This document shows, in pieces, positions 47,930 to 61,370 of a stretch of DNA of 64,000 nucleotides. Source of the DNA: Carcharhinus amblyrhynchos. Taxonomy: Eukaryota. Location: NCBI GenBank assembly GCA_965287045.1, contig OZ336876.1:49476001-49540000 (forward strand). Direction: 5' to 3'. The translations under genes and the position numbers were made by a program. The notes beneath the pieces are model-generated. The model searched no databases. It saw only the letters and a list, made by a program, of their open reading frames with translations, and was not told the origin of the DNA. Position 1 is the first letter of the stretch, and each line of letters starts with the position of its first letter.

Positions 47930-50035
47930 CATCTTTCTCTTTCAATTGTGGGATATGGACATTGCCAGCTAGGCCAGCATTTATTGCCCATCCCTAATTG
48001 CCCTTGGTGTTGAGCTGTCTTCATGAGCCACTGCAGTCTACGTGCTGTAGGAATACCCACAGAGTTATTAGGGAGTTCCAAGATTTTGATCCAGTGACAG
48101 TAAAGAAGTGGCAATACAGTCCTAAGTCAGGATGGTGGGTACCTTGGAAGAAAAGTTGGAGGAAAATTCACATGTGATGGTGTTCCCATGCATCTGCTGC
48201 CTTTGTCCTTCCAGATAATAGAGGTCACAGGTTTAGAAGGTGCCATTGAAGGAGCTTTGGTGAGTTGCTGCAGTGCATCTTAGATGGTATACATTGCCGC
48301 CATTCTGGGTTGGTAGCAGAGACAGTGAATGTTGAAAGTGGATGGCGCCAATCAAGCAGACTGCTTTGTTCTAGATGGTGTTAAGTTGAGTTGTTGAAGC
48401 TTCAGTCTCCAAGGCAGTTGGAGAATGATCCATCACATTGCTGACTTGTGCCTTGTAGGTGCAAAGGCTTTGGGGAGTCAGGAGATGAGTTACCCTTTGC
48501 AGAATTCCCTGCCTCTGACAGCTCTTGTGGGCAAAGTATTTGAATGGTTGGTCCAGTTTCTGATCAATGGTAACCCCCACAGGATGTTGATAATGCAAGA
48601 TTCAGCAATGGCAATGTTATTGAATGTCAAGAGGAGATGCTTAGATTCTCTCTTGTTGGAGATGGTCATTTCCCAGCACTTGTTTTCCATTAATGTTATC
48701 TTCCACTTAACAGCCCAAGCCTGAATATTGTCCAGGCCTTGTTGCATATGAATTATGGACCACTTTAATCTGAGGAGTCGTGACTAGTCGTGTTGAATAT
48801 TGTGCAATCATCCATGTACATCACTGCTTCTGACCTTATGACGAAGGAAGGTAGTTAATGAAAAAGAAAACAAAATGCTAGATAAACAGCATCTGTGGAG
48901 AAAAACATAGTTAACACTTTCGATCTAAATGAACCTTCTATTGCTGAAGCAGCTGAAGATGGTTGGGGCTAGGACATTATCCTGAGGAACTCCTGAAGTG
49001 ATGTCGTGGGACTGATTTGATGGACCTCCATCAACCACAACCATCTTCCTTTGTGCTAGGTTTAACTCCAACCAGCGGAGGGTTTTCTCCACTTCCCATT
49101 GACTCTCTGGGCTCCATGATGCCACGTTTGGTAAAATGCTGCCTTGATGTCAAAAGCAGTCAGTCACACCTCAACTCTTGGGTTTAACTCTTTTGAACAT
49201 GTTTGGACCAAGGCTATAATGAAGTCAGGATGGTGTGGCTGTGGCAGGGCCAAAACTGGGCATCAATAAGGTTGAGTAAATGCTGCTTAATAGCACTGTT
49301 GATGACAACTGCCATCAGAGTATACTGATTAAGTGACAATTGGCCAATTTGGATTTATCTGTTTTTTTGTGACAGAACATACTTGAGCAATTTTCCATAA
49401 AGCTGAGCAGATGCAAGTGTTGTAGCTGTACTGGAACAACTTGGCTAAGGGGAAAGCTAGGTCTGAGCACAAGTACTTAGTACCATTGCCCGAACCTAGT
49501 CACTGCCCAACACTTTTGCAGTATCTAGTGGCTGAAGACTAGAATCTGTGATGATAGCAATCTTAGGAAGAGGTCAAGACAGATCAGCCACTCTACACTT
49601 CTGGCTGAAGATGGCTGCAAATATTTCAGCATTGTCTTTTGCAATGATTTGCTGGATCCCACATCACTGAGGATGGAATATTTGCGGTGCCTCCTCTTCC
49701 AGTGAGTTAATTGTCCACCAGCATTCATGATTGGATGTGGCAGAACTTTGATGTGATCTGTTGGCTGTAGGATTGCTTAGATCTATCGCTTGCTCTTTCT
49801 ACTGTTTGGCATGCACCTTGTCTCATGTTGTAGCTTCACCAGGTTGACACATTTTCAGGTCTGCCTGGTGCTTCTCCTGGTTGTGTCTCCCTGCACTCTT
49901 CATTGAGCCAGGGTTGACGGTAATGGTAGTGACAGACATGCTGGGCCACGAGCAGTGCCTCATGGATGACCAGATTTGAGTTGCCAAATTTGTTTGAAAT
50001 CCATCCCATTTAGCTTGGTGGTAATGCCACACAAC
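47930..50035 (-). mobile_element. Older CR1-clade LINE (different family), degenerate
   Basis: Antisense GVPQDNVLAPTIFSCF, QQGLDNIQAWAVKW, GVTIDQKL, WHYHQAKWDGF; tail GGGCAATTAGGGATGGGCAATAAATGC is also seen at 55880 and 60580. Confidence 0.85.
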
Positions 50036-50521
50036 ATAACATTTGGTTTATCAAGAGAACAAAAGCTGTTCCAGCAATGAATCTGAAAATAGGTAACTTT
50101 AGTTTGCTCTATCCTAGTTTATCTACTCCACTTAGTCCTGCCTGAAGTGGATATATACACCAGATTCCATAGAGCAGCATGTATTTACATAATAAAAATG
50201 TTCTTTAGACTGTACACATAGGCCAGGAAAGGGTTTCACATATCTGTACTTAGCATGATTATATTTATCCACCATCAAATTTCACTTGTAATCTACATTA
50301 ATTTAAGTAACTTCACCAACTAGCTCTTTCCTTTCTCCCTTCCAAAAATAACTAGGAACTGGCTTAGTCCTAACCCAAGAACAGGGAAAGTAGTTTTATC
50401 TCCGACACACAAATAAATAATGGAGGCACTGAGGTAGCATGCACTTGATAACGGAAAATATTACAAGAACTCGCATTATTATTACTCACTTATTATTAAA
50501 TGTTAAGAGAACTCACTTAAT

Positions 50522-50812
50522 GCACGGTGGCACAATGGTTAGCACTGCTGCCTCACAATGCCAGGGACCCGCATTCAATTCCCAGCTTGGGCCACTGTCT
50601 GTGGAGTTTGCACATTCCCCGTGTCTGCGTGGGTTTCCTCCAGGAGGTCCAGTTTCCACCCACAGTCCAAAAGACACGCTGGTTAGGTGCACTGCCTGTG
50701 CTAAATTCTCCCTCCCAAACAGGCGCTACAGTGTGGCGACTAGATTTTCACAGTAATTTCATTGCAGTGGTAATGTAAGCCTACTTGTGACTAATAAATA
50801 AACTTTACTTTA
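50522..50812 (+). mobile_element. V-SINE with alternative (TAAA/CTTTA) tail
   Basis: GCACGGTGGCACAATGGTTAGCACTGCTGCCTCAC head; tail TTTTCACAGTAATTTCATTGCAGTG.TAATGTAAGCCTACTTGTGAC.AATAAATAAACTTTA, also present alone at 13100-13165. Confidence 0.85.
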
Positions 50813-52549
50813 ATACTCGTTCAATGGGTGATTCAAAGTTAAACCCCATGACAATTGTTTTGGAGGTCACCTCCATGAATAGAAAATGGAATGACAATGG
50901 AACTGTCTCCCAAGTGCAAGAATGGATAACTATATCATTGGCTTAGGGATCAGTGCCCAACTCGGTCCCCAGTAGTATTTATAATGCATGAACATGTCAA
51001 AGTCTAAACATGAATCCAATTAGGGTAAAATGTTAAGCTTATTCTTTATTATAGCTTGGTCATTTGCAAGAAATGCAAGTGAGGAACTCCAGGAAATTGA
51101 TTATGATGCAAAAACTGCAAAGATTAAACTTTTCTAAAACTTATCCAATCTGCTTCAGTCATCATTGTCACGTCCAGTATAGCAAGTCCTACTCATAACT
51201 TGAAACATGGATTGTATTCAGTATATATTTTCTGGAACAATGTTTTCATGTTTAAAGAAATGGTCATTAAAAGACTGCTGAGGGTCAGGTGATTTTTGCA
51301 ATTTCTGCAAGACTCAGAAAATTCTGAAGTCTGCAGTAAATTCCTAAATGAATGACCATGGGTGGGATGCTCCCCTTGAATGAACATGCCAAGACAAAAC
51401 CACTTGTGGAATTCAAACCTCTTTGATTGTGGATTCATCCAAAATTCAAAAGCTAAGGACATCTAAACCTATGGTCTGCGAGTCTGATCCATAAAAGGAG
51501 TACAGAAACCAGTTAATATCATAAATAGGTGTGAATGATCACTATTCATTTACCACTGTCATGGCTTTGAATGGCAATTGCTTCGAAATTCAAATTATTC
51601 TGGATGAATAATCGAAGTGCTGATCATGTGGTAATTTGACCCTAACGGATTTCAGATCATTCAACTTATTACCCCAAGAATTATGGAGAAACCAGTGAGT
51701 CTGCAAACCACACAGTAAGAATCAATATCAGAAAATGCAGCAACATCTGCGCTTTAAAACTGCAATATTGTTTCTAAGTCTGTTGCTTTTTAAATCCACC
51801 AGTACAGGAACAAAATCAAGTGCAAGAACTTGATCTCCTGGTCGGAAGACTACAAGTTATTAACTTTGAGGGGATCCTGCAATAATTCTGATACACAACT
51901 CCAAGTATTGAATCCACCTAGACTATGCTTTGGCAATGAAAATGCATTTTTTTCTGGGCCTGCAATGCATTTTTCTCTTAAGACAAGCCAAACATGTGAA
52001 TTACAAACTATTTTTTTGTTTACAACACGTACAAATGCAGTTTGTCTTTAACTGTACTTTACAAGAGAGAGAAAGAGAGCGAGGGTGTAGGTGTGTGTGC
52101 AGCTGTGTGTGAATGATGTAGCATTAGATTTTCAGAGTGAATGTGTAAATACATAATCCTCTTTGCTGTTGGTTATTCAAATTGGCCACACACTCAGGTT
52201 AAGAAACGTACACAATTTGCTTTTCCAAAACACACTGATTATGGAGAGTAAGAAAAGGTAATTAGTTATCAAAGTATTACTTTAGCCAATTTCCAACATG
52301 CAACACTTGCCATTTTTCAATATTAAATACATCCAATTTTTCACTTAAATCCTTTAGTAATACCTTAAACTATACCAAAACAAAACACTCAAAGTACATA
52401 AAACATTACAAACAAAATAGAAGAAAGAGAGGAGGGAACACGAAGCCAAAGAAGGAACAATTAGGAAGGCTGGCCATCAGCTGTGAAAAAATATTTTCTG
52501 CAGATATATCTCAGTTACGGTTTACAGTATTTACCAGAGGACATCTTAC

Positions 52550-52770
52550 CTCTCACTGGTCCGAGTGTTTTGTGGCCACCTTTTGGAGGATTATGATTTA
52601 ATCCTGGTGCACAGACCCCTTTGGTCGTTCCAGAGTTGGAACCAAATGTGAAACTGGTAGATGGTTTAATTGGAGATGGATTTTGGTGCCCATTGCTGTT
52701 TCCAGAGATGCCATTCCCATTACTCTTTGTTTTGCTGAGGGAATTTTCAGAGGCTGACGATGTTAACCCA
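52550..52770 (-). CDS. AGBL5: AGBL5 exon (phase 2 to 1)
   Basis: AACCCAG|T; NGLTSSASENSLSKTKS...QNPSPIKPSTSFTF...HKTLGPVR matches mammalian NGLPVSCSENTLSRARS...HRVLGPVR; donor AGAG|GTAAGA. Confidence 0.95.
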
Positions 52771-54156
52771 CTGGGTTCGAGTAAAGAGAGAACAAATATA
52801 TTGAAATGTCTGATAATAAAGCGCACGAATATCAACTTGGTAAATAATTAGTTCACTTTGATAGGACGATGTCACCTTAAATACTAAAGCATATAAAGTT
52901 CTCTTTGCTTCATCTGAAGACCACACTTCAAAAATTGTATACACAAATGCAAAGAAAAGATAAACACAAGAAAATTCAAATAGATCAATCACTCAGTGAG
53001 AATGGCCTCAAAATAAATTCAATTCAAAGCTCAGTTGCAAGTATACGTGGACACTTAAAATTTATTTATTTACAGAGTAGTTATCATTTTGGCATTCGGA
53101 AAATAATTTTTCATTTGGAAGCATACCAAACAATCATCGCAAAGTTTTAATTAGTTGCACTGCAATAATAATAACACCACAACAATACTTTTAAAGTAAA
53201 AAGCATAATCATCTGTAGTAGCCCTCTCCCTATGAAGTAAAGGTCAAGCAGGATTTAAGCAGAGATGCAGACACACCAGGTCAACATGAGACAGCTTTGA
53301 CAGTGCAGCCAGGAACACAGTTGCTGCTATTACAATCCCACTTTTACTTGGGATTTTGAAATTCTATGAACAATAAAGTGTTCTAATGCAAGTACCAAAC
53401 CCAATTGCATACCTTGTTGAATCATGACTAAAATTAATACGTGACTAAGATAAAATCTTCAATTCAACTCATGCAAGATGACTGCTGGAATGGGCACATC
53501 TACTGAAAACTCTGACAATGCAACTATGATGTTGTCAACGACCATTAGCACAGTGACTTCTCTTGCTGAGAGCTTCTTCCCCTTCCTCCTCCCTCTGCCA
53601 GGGGCTTGCACTGTTCTGTATGGCTTCTGCTCATTCTCCCAGCCATGTTAAATTTCAAGGGAAATGGCAGCTATTGCCTGCATACCTGGAATTAGCAAGC
53701 TTGTACAGAATTGTTTAGTCAAAAAAGTCCTTCAGCACTTGCCACACAACTTCCTGTAGACATCAGCAACTCTACAGGACTCTAGAATGCACTGAATATT
53801 TGCACAATCTTGGCAACTGCCAGCAGAAACCATTCATAAAACTAATCTGTGTTGCTGATGACCCTTTTAAATAGCGTTAATGCAGGGTCCATCATGTGCA
53901 ATTAAGAATGTACATTAACTGGAGAGCTTGTATTGTCAAATCTCTCATCCCTCTCCCAGCCACTTTGCTCCCTCTCTTTCACCACCTCTTCTTTCCTCCG
54001 ACCTCCCCCTCACTATTTCCCACTGACCATTTATCTTTGCCAGCTACCTCACTCTCTCCTGTTCACAGATTCTGTTCCTCGCTTACCACCTCCCAAATAT
54101 CTTGCTCCACTCTTTCATTGCTCTCCTGAATCCCTAGCTGCTTCCTGATTGCAAAC

Positions 54157-54480
54157 TCACTTACCACCTCTCTTCCAAGCCCCACTATGAGCAAAGAACA
54201 GGGGTAGCAAGAGGGAAGCAGTGAAGGGATGGCGAAAACAACAAGGAGCAGGAAGTGAGGGGATTGCAAAAGGGGCAGCGAGTAGAGGGAGACAAAGGAC
54301 AGTGAGTGAGGCAGTGAGTGGGGAAGCGAAGAGAGTCAGGAGAGGAAAATGCAGAAGGGAATGAGAGGGTTGGGAGAGGGGTGGTGAGCAGGTGGGAATG
54401 AGGGGTTCATGATACAGAAGCAACAAATAGTGCAAAGGGGGTTGAGTAAAGCACTTAGAAAGCAGACAGAGCATGAGTAG
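54157..54480. repeat. Purine-rich low-complexity tract
   Basis: Loosely repeated GAG/GGAAG/GTGAG words, preceded by a pyrimidine-rich block at 53940-54150. Confidence 0.5.
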
Positions 54481-54761
54481 TTACCAGTCTTAAACAAAAA
54501 TGGAGCTCAAAGCCAGCAGCACTTCTCAGGTTAAGTTTTCTCATTTGCAAACTGTGCTAAAATAAAAACATGCTATTGGAATGCACATAAATTGGGAGAT
54601 AACTGTATTGTGTCACAGGTCATTTATATATGCCAGTACTTCCATGAAATTTGATGCTGCGCTATAGATCAAAAAATGACACTTCAATGCTGAGAGCCTA
54701 AGGCGTGACTTTGTAAAATTACTGGCAAGGAATTGTTATGACTGATCAATCGGTGACTTAC

Positions 54762-54943
54762 TTGGAACCTTTAGAAATCCTTGTAATATTTTTCTTTGAC
54801 AATGCCACGCTTCTTGTATTTCGAATATGCTTTAACATCCATGCACGAAGTTTAGTCAGACAACTATATTCTGACAAAACAACTCTTGGCCAAGGATTAC
54901 AATCAGCCATATCCAAGGCTGCAATGGCTACAGCTCTTCCCAC
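54762..54943 (-). CDS. AGBL5: AGBL5 exon (phase 0 to 2)
   Basis: TTTCTCAG|GTG; [42 protein letters not shown]; donor CCAA|GTAAGT. Confidence 0.98.
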
Positions 54944-56379
54944 CTGAGAAATTGAGGGAACAGATAGCTATATAAAGATCAAATAATTCCTTTTCATACA
55001 ATGGCTACGCTTTTCCCTCATATTCCCTCTCAGAATTACTAAATATTTGTGGACCCACCCTGGTGAATAATTCTTTGACCAAATGAAAGATAACAGTACT
55101 TTAAGTCCTGGCTCAATTTATATTTTGGAACCTTTGAGCATCCAAGCTAGCCATGGCAAATTCAAGCTCTCAAAATGCATTTGCTTTTTACTTGCTTACA
55201 ATTAATTGCTATTATGTGGCTGGTTAAAATGGCTATTCAGGAAGTCACTATTTGATAATCAATTCTTTAATCTTGCAAATTTCATATTTGTTCATCAATT
55301 TTCTACAATTCAAGTTTGAAGGTTCTTGACCCGTAACACAAACTAACCCAAAACCAGAAACTGCATGCATCACAACTGAACATGCGCCTTGCCCAAGCCA
55401 TGCTAAATTTTAGCTGTACAAATTCTGATTTATTTAAATCTAACTTCCACTAGAGCATTTCAACATATTTAATAAAACAGTGAATTAAAAAGAAAACAGT
55501 ATTTATCTGATTTCACAATTTCTGAAAATACTGCATGTAAATAAAAACTGAACATCTCAGTTTGGTTTTCAAAATAGAAATTGAACCCCTCACTTCTTAC
55601 ATTCCCAATCTATCTTGGAGACCTGATAATGTAGAATATTTGTTAAAATATTTGCAGGTTTTCATCAACAATAAAGCAAATATAAGAATACAGGTTACCC
55701 AGTCTCCCATCGCCATGATAGTTATGTAACTCTGTAAATAGCGTGAACCCTATTGAACACCCATTCTGCAAATAATTTATATGATTCTCAATTTGCTGTC
55801 AATAAACTGCTGTGTCAGCCCACAGCACATGGATTGCAGCTACTCAAGAAGGCAGCTCACCATTAACTTCTCAAGAGCAACTAGGGATGGGCAATAAATG
55901 CGACGCTCATATCCCACAAATGAAAAAAAAAGAATGCACATCATCACATATACAATTAGTCACAAAAGGCAGTATTCAAAAGTATTCCTTTTATAACTAT
56001 ATTCCAGATTGCATAGCAAAATAGCACGCACCTGGAAATAAGCAAAAACTAATCCAAAAATTGTCCCTGTGCATATTTAGAATATTTGGGATTTCTTTAT
56101 TTGAAAATTAGTTGACTTACTGAGGAAAAAAAAATTGCATTTATAAAGAGCTTTTCAATACCACCAACATCTCAAACTGCTTTGCAATCAATGAAGTACT
56201 CCTACAGTTCAGTCACAGTTGTAATGGAGGAAACACGGTGGCCAATTTGCACACAGCAAAGTAGCTAGGATTCTGTGCTTTGAACATTACATGAGGTGCC
56301 AAGTGCCAAACTAACTTACAAAGAAACAATATCAACAGAGTGAGGCGCAGGTTCTGATTAATGAGGTATTAACAGCAGT

Positions 56380-57660
56380 ACTGGGCAAAGAGGGAGCTAT
56401 CCCATTAGGATGGACTCCACTAAAACCAGGCTTGGACTGATGTTCTGGCAATTCAAATAACTAGGACAGCAGGTGAAACTTTAAATTAATAAGGGAGGTT
56501 GGAGGATTCAGTAAGGGTACATTTATAAGAACGTATAACAAAGAGGCTACAGAGTAGTGAGTGACCTGGGTAAAATAAATTGTGTCATGCAGAGTTTGAC
56601 AAAGCATTTTAAGTAAACAGATGAAACAATGGCAGAAAAAGAGACCAAGGATGTCATTTAGTGGCAGTTGTAGAAAATTGGCTGCAAGATGACCAAGTTA
56701 ATAAGTATGTCAAGGCATGTAGAAAAGTTAGGTGAAGTGGAAAAGGAGGTGGAGCAGCCCTGATAATAAAGGATGGGATAAAGACAGTTAGGAGAATGGA
56801 TCTTAGACCAGAAGATCAGGATATAGAATTAATTTGGATAAAAGTAAGAATTAATAAACTGCTGAAAACACTGACATAGTTTATAGACCCTCTAAAGACA
56901 GGGTACAAATAAATAAATTAGAGAAAGGTGTTACAAAGGTAAAGCGCTAATGTAATGCAATTATATTTACATCAATATAATAGATTGGGCAAAGCAAATT
57001 GGCAAAAGTAGTTTGGAGAACAAGTTTATGCAATGCGTTTCAGACCATTTTCTAGAATAGCATGTTTAATGTATGAGGAACCCAACATCAACACCGTTCT
57101 ATAAAATAAAAATGTTTGATGATTTTGTCAAGAGTTTTTTGAGAATATAAGCAGCAGGGCAGACAAGGGGAACCAACAGATGTGGCATATTTGGATTTTT
57201 AGAAGGATAAAGTACCACAATAGATCGCTGCACAAGATTGCTCATGGGATTGAGAATAATATTCTAACAATAATTGAGGATGGATTGACAAGCAATAAAA
57301 AAATAGAAATGTTATTTTTGGTTTGTATTGTATAACTAGGAATGTTGCAAGAATCAGTGTTTGGACCTCAGCGATTTACAATCAAAGTCAATAACTTAGA
57401 TGAGAGAACTTAGTCGAAGTTTGCTGGTTATAGAAAACTAGGAAAGAAAGTACATCACAAGGGCAACTTAATAAACTGTTTAATGGACTGGCTTAGTAAT
57501 GGGAAAAGAGGTGGCAGACGTAGTATAATGGAGGTGGGGGGAGAGAAGTGTGAAAATTATCAATTTGGATAGGATGAGTGGAAAAGCAGGTATTTTGGAA
57601 AAGGTGGGATACTAGCTTATGTTCAGAAAGACCTGGGTGCCCTTGTACATGAATCACAAA
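56380..57660 (+). mobile_element. Old, internally deleted CR1 LINE
   Basis: TTTATAGACCC (VYRP), GACAAGGGGAACCAACAGATGTGGCATATTTGGATTTT, TCAGTGTTTGGACCTCAG, GAAGTTTGCTG, GACCTGGGTGCCCTTGTACATGAATCAC; collinear with 42456-44400. Confidence 0.75.
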
Positions 57661-57705
57661 TTCAAAAATACATGACACACATTATAAACTTGAAACTTTA
57701 CATAC

Positions 57706-57841
57706 TTGCTCAAAGATTTCTGTAGTATATTTAGGTGGAAAAGTAGGTAACGGTGGTGGACTAGCTCTTCCATTGTCATGACACGCAGGAGGAACTGAAT
57801 TCACACAACGGCCTGTATTATAGTTGCATTCTAAGGTATAG
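57706..57841 (-). CDS. AGBL5: AGBL5 exon with catalytic Glu (SYTLE)
   Basis: TTTTCCATAG|C; [45 protein letters not shown]; donor CAA|GTATGT; 136 bp, missed by the ORF track. Confidence 0.98.
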
Positions 57842-59520
57842 CTATGGAAAAGAAAATAGACATTTACAAATAATTCCAGGAAAAGTCTCGAATTACATTA
57901 TTAGGGTAAACATTTATGCTGACAAAAAAAATTACAAGGATATCAACTGTTCTGCTTTCCTTTGTACTATAAGGTACAACTAATACAACCGCCTTGAATC
58001 ACACCAGGCATAAGGCCTTAAACAGGAAAATAGGATTCTGGACAGCAGCAGCTAGTGCGTCACAAATTGATTGAGTCAGACTGTGCTGACCACAATTGAA
58101 AGACTGCAATGTAATTAGAAACTCAGTCAAAGGCATCACTTTTCAGATTAGAGGCGGCAGTACAATTTTCTGTTCAACAGGAAACAAAACAAACTGAAGT
58201 TACAAATAACCAGCCGTTTTTTAAAAAAATGTTCAATAATCACCATAATGCTTTACTATTTTGTCTATTTCTGAATATACATACAAAATAATTGACATTA
58301 AATAATGAGTAGACTTCAGAATTTTTTTAGATTATCAAGAGAAATGTAAATGCTATACTGGCTAACAAATACTTTTTATTAGGGTGGGTTTGTACATATA
58401 TAAGAGCAAAATAAATATAAATTAGTTTGAAAATGCATTTATTGCCACGATCAAACCTATCTTGGTATGTATTTACAAATCATAGGCTTGCTTATGAAGA
58501 CAGATGCAAGTTTTAGAAAACGTAATTTGTGTTAAAACACTACATTTGACCAGGACCTTTGGCAAGGACAGTCCAAGCAGCAGCAATTGTCGGTTTGCAT
58601 TTTGCTTGAAGATTCCACCAAGTTGACACTGCTTTATATTTCCAAGCCTTGCTTTTACAGCAATGCACTTAACAACATCTAATGGAGAACTCCACCAAAG
58701 TGAAGGAAAGTCAAGCAAAGACAGGATACAGTCACCTTTTTACATTGTTGGTTATAATATGGTAACATCCTGTCTGAATGTTAGGGAGTGAATAGATAGG
58801 TGGGTAAAATGGGTAATGGTAAAAGTGGGTAAGGGGACAATGAGGATAGGTGGAAAAGGGGTTCAGTCGATAGGGGAGTAAGGGACTGCGAATAGATGGG
58901 TGAATAGATAAGGTGGGTACAGGGGCAAGGGGGAGGTGGTCGAGATGGTAGGTGGGTGACACACAGAGGAACGGATATTCAGATTCAGGTCAGAGAGGTA
59001 GTTGGAAGTGGTTATCTGGTCTGATCAGGGTGGAGGGGGCTCAGTTGTGTAGTGACCCAAATGTTTTAATCTGGTTAACTGTTCTTGGTAAGACCCTGAT
59101 TCCACATTCACAGAGAGTCCCAGAAGCAGGGAAGTTGAATCATTCTGGGCAATTCCCACAGAGGTCAGTGTGTCAGGACTTCTAGAGTCTCTGCACACAT
59201 CTTTGATCATACATCCGGTCTCAGAGGATCCAGAGATCAAAAGATTTGATTTAATACAAAATTGTACTCATCACAAATAAAATTAATATATACAACAAAT
59301 AGGGTATTCATTTTTTTTTCAGTCAATATTTTTAAGCTGAAACATTTAAGTTTAAGATCTGAACAATTTAAAATTTTCAGATGTCAATCTCTGTATTCCC
59401 TCATACAGCATAAACAATATAAAGTATCTGAAAAATTTTATTGAAAGCTATGCAAGCAAAAGAAATGAACCAAAGAATATTTTTATGCAATCTAACTCAA
59501 AAGCTACATTAAACATTATG

Positions 59521-59547
59521 AGATATAGAGATATAGATATAGATATA
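59521..59547. repeat. (AGATAT)n microsatellite
   Basis: AGATATAGAGATATAGATATAGATATA. Confidence 0.7.
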
Positions 59548-59564
59548 GGGAGCCGGATTGCTTG

Positions 59565-59645
59565 ATCTTGGGTTCAGACATAGCTCGGCACAACATCGAG
59601 GGCCGAAGGGCCTGTACTGTGCTGTACAGTTCGATGTTCTATGTT
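59565..59645 (+). mobile_element. CR1/HER1 extreme 3' tail
   Basis: CTCGGCACAACATCGAGGGCCGAAGGGCCTGTACTGTGCTGTACAGTTCGATGTTCTATGTT. Confidence 0.85.
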
Positions 59646-59662
59646 AACACCGATCATCCCAC

Positions 59663-59832
59663 CTGTGAATAATTCCTGTAGCTTTATAAATTGCCACTCT
59701 CCCACTTCCCTCTTTAGACTGTCCATCCCTTTTGTCTTTGGCATACATGTTTCGCTCAGAGAAATTGCAAGCCGTGAAATCAAAGTGTGCTGAGTTCATG
59801 GAGATCAGTTTTGGAAACAACATATTCTCCAT
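59663..59832 (-). CDS. AGBL5: AGBL5 exon (phase 0 to 2)
   Basis: CCATATAG|ATG; [56 protein letters not shown]; donor CAG|GTGGGA. Confidence 0.98.
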
Positions 59833-60844
59833 CTATATGGATAATGAGGAAAAGTAAAATTATTGTAATGAAGAATTTACCGTATTTGTGACCGAGCAGC
59901 TGAAAAGTAAGTGACTAGCACATAAAATTAATCTTTAGACCTATGAAAGTAAAACTATTTTGAAATAACAGAGTCAAGTTAGTCATCTAATCAGAAGCTA
60001 AAATTGTTTGATTTTACTGTGTAACATTTAATGAAAATTTATAATTAAACTTACAACTTAGTAAACAATAATTGAAACAGTGTAAATATTTCACAAAACT
60101 GTAAACTATTTGGAGGCTTGAAATCTTTAAAAAGGCAACTGAAACCTCAAGCTGTTCTTCAAGTATTCCAGAGCCAATATCTATTTAGGTCAGCAGTGAA
60201 TAAATTGGCCAAGAACATCTATTGTGCTGTAACTGACAACAAAGGTGCTTTACCCAAGATTTGTGTCCCTGTTTGAAGCAGCAAATGAAGATGTGGATGG
60301 CTATGAAGTTGAAATCAAAGCTTTTAATTGCTTTTGAGAGCCATATCTTCAGCAAACATTTCCTAATATTATAGTACAGCATTGATGCAACCAGAAATTT
60401 ACGTTTGAGGTTTCTGTAAGGAGGGTCCATGTTTACAAATCTGATTTCTAGTCAAGTTGGATGATTGTACGCTAAATATGTGAATTGGCTATCTCCACTG
60501 GTCATCTCCACTTCAGCTGTTTGCAAAAATCTGAATTGTGCGTGGGTTGTTCAAAGGTGCAGCTCACCACTACCTCTGAAGGGCAATTTGGGATGCGTAA
60601 TAAATGCTGGCTGAACCAGAAAAGCTCACATCCTTTGCATTAATAGAAGAAAAACCTGGAAAGTTCCAATGATGATGGTGTTTTATTGGTTTTGCTTATA
60701 GTACCACATGTCACTGCAATAACAACAAACCTTGACAGCTTGAACTGAATGGGACACAAACCCATCAGGATTTTCCAACCATTCAGAGAATTGAACCCAA
60801 CCTCTACTTACCTAGATTTAAAAAGAAACAAAAAAAATTACTCT

Positions 60845-60960
60845 GAAAACCTGAAATAAAAACAGAAAATTATGGAAAACACAGGAGGTCAAGAAGCAGC
60901 TGTCAAGTGAGAAACAGAGTTAATGTTTCAGGTTGATGATCTTTCATCAGGACTGAAAAA
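60845..60960 (-). mobile_element. Penelope-like end with hammerhead-like core
   Basis: Minus strand CAGTC-CTGATGA-AAGATCATCAACCT-GAAA-CATT-AACTCTG followed by the family body. Confidence 0.65.
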
Positions 60961-61094
60961 AGTTAGGGATGTAGTTTTTTAAGCAAAGGGGGCGAGGAGA
61001 GGAAATGAAAGGATGGAAGGCAGCAGAGATTAAATGGCAAAAGGGATGATGAAGCACGAAACAGAAGAAGAGATGATAACAGGCTATCGCTCAG

Positions 61095-61370
61095 ATTTCT
61101 GCAGTCGCCCACTTTTGACCTCTTGTATTCCATAATTTCCATTGCTCTACTATTGGCAGCCATTCCTTTAGCTGTCTAGGCCCCAAGTTCTGGAATTCCT
61201 TCCCAATAGCCATCCACCTCCCTCTCCTTCTACACGACATTCCTTAAAATCTACCCCGGCTAGCTTTTAATCACCTGTGCTAATATTTTCTTTTGTGGCT
61301 GACTTGTCTAATTTTGTCTGATTATTCTCAGGTGAAAAGCATCTTTGGATATTTCACAATACTGACATTA
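61095..61370 (+). mobile_element. L2-type LINE 3' tail fragment
   Basis: CTACTATTGGCAGCCATTCCTTTAGCTGTCTAGGCCCCAAGTTCTGGAATTCCTTCCC; similar to 12790-12980. Confidence 0.6.
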
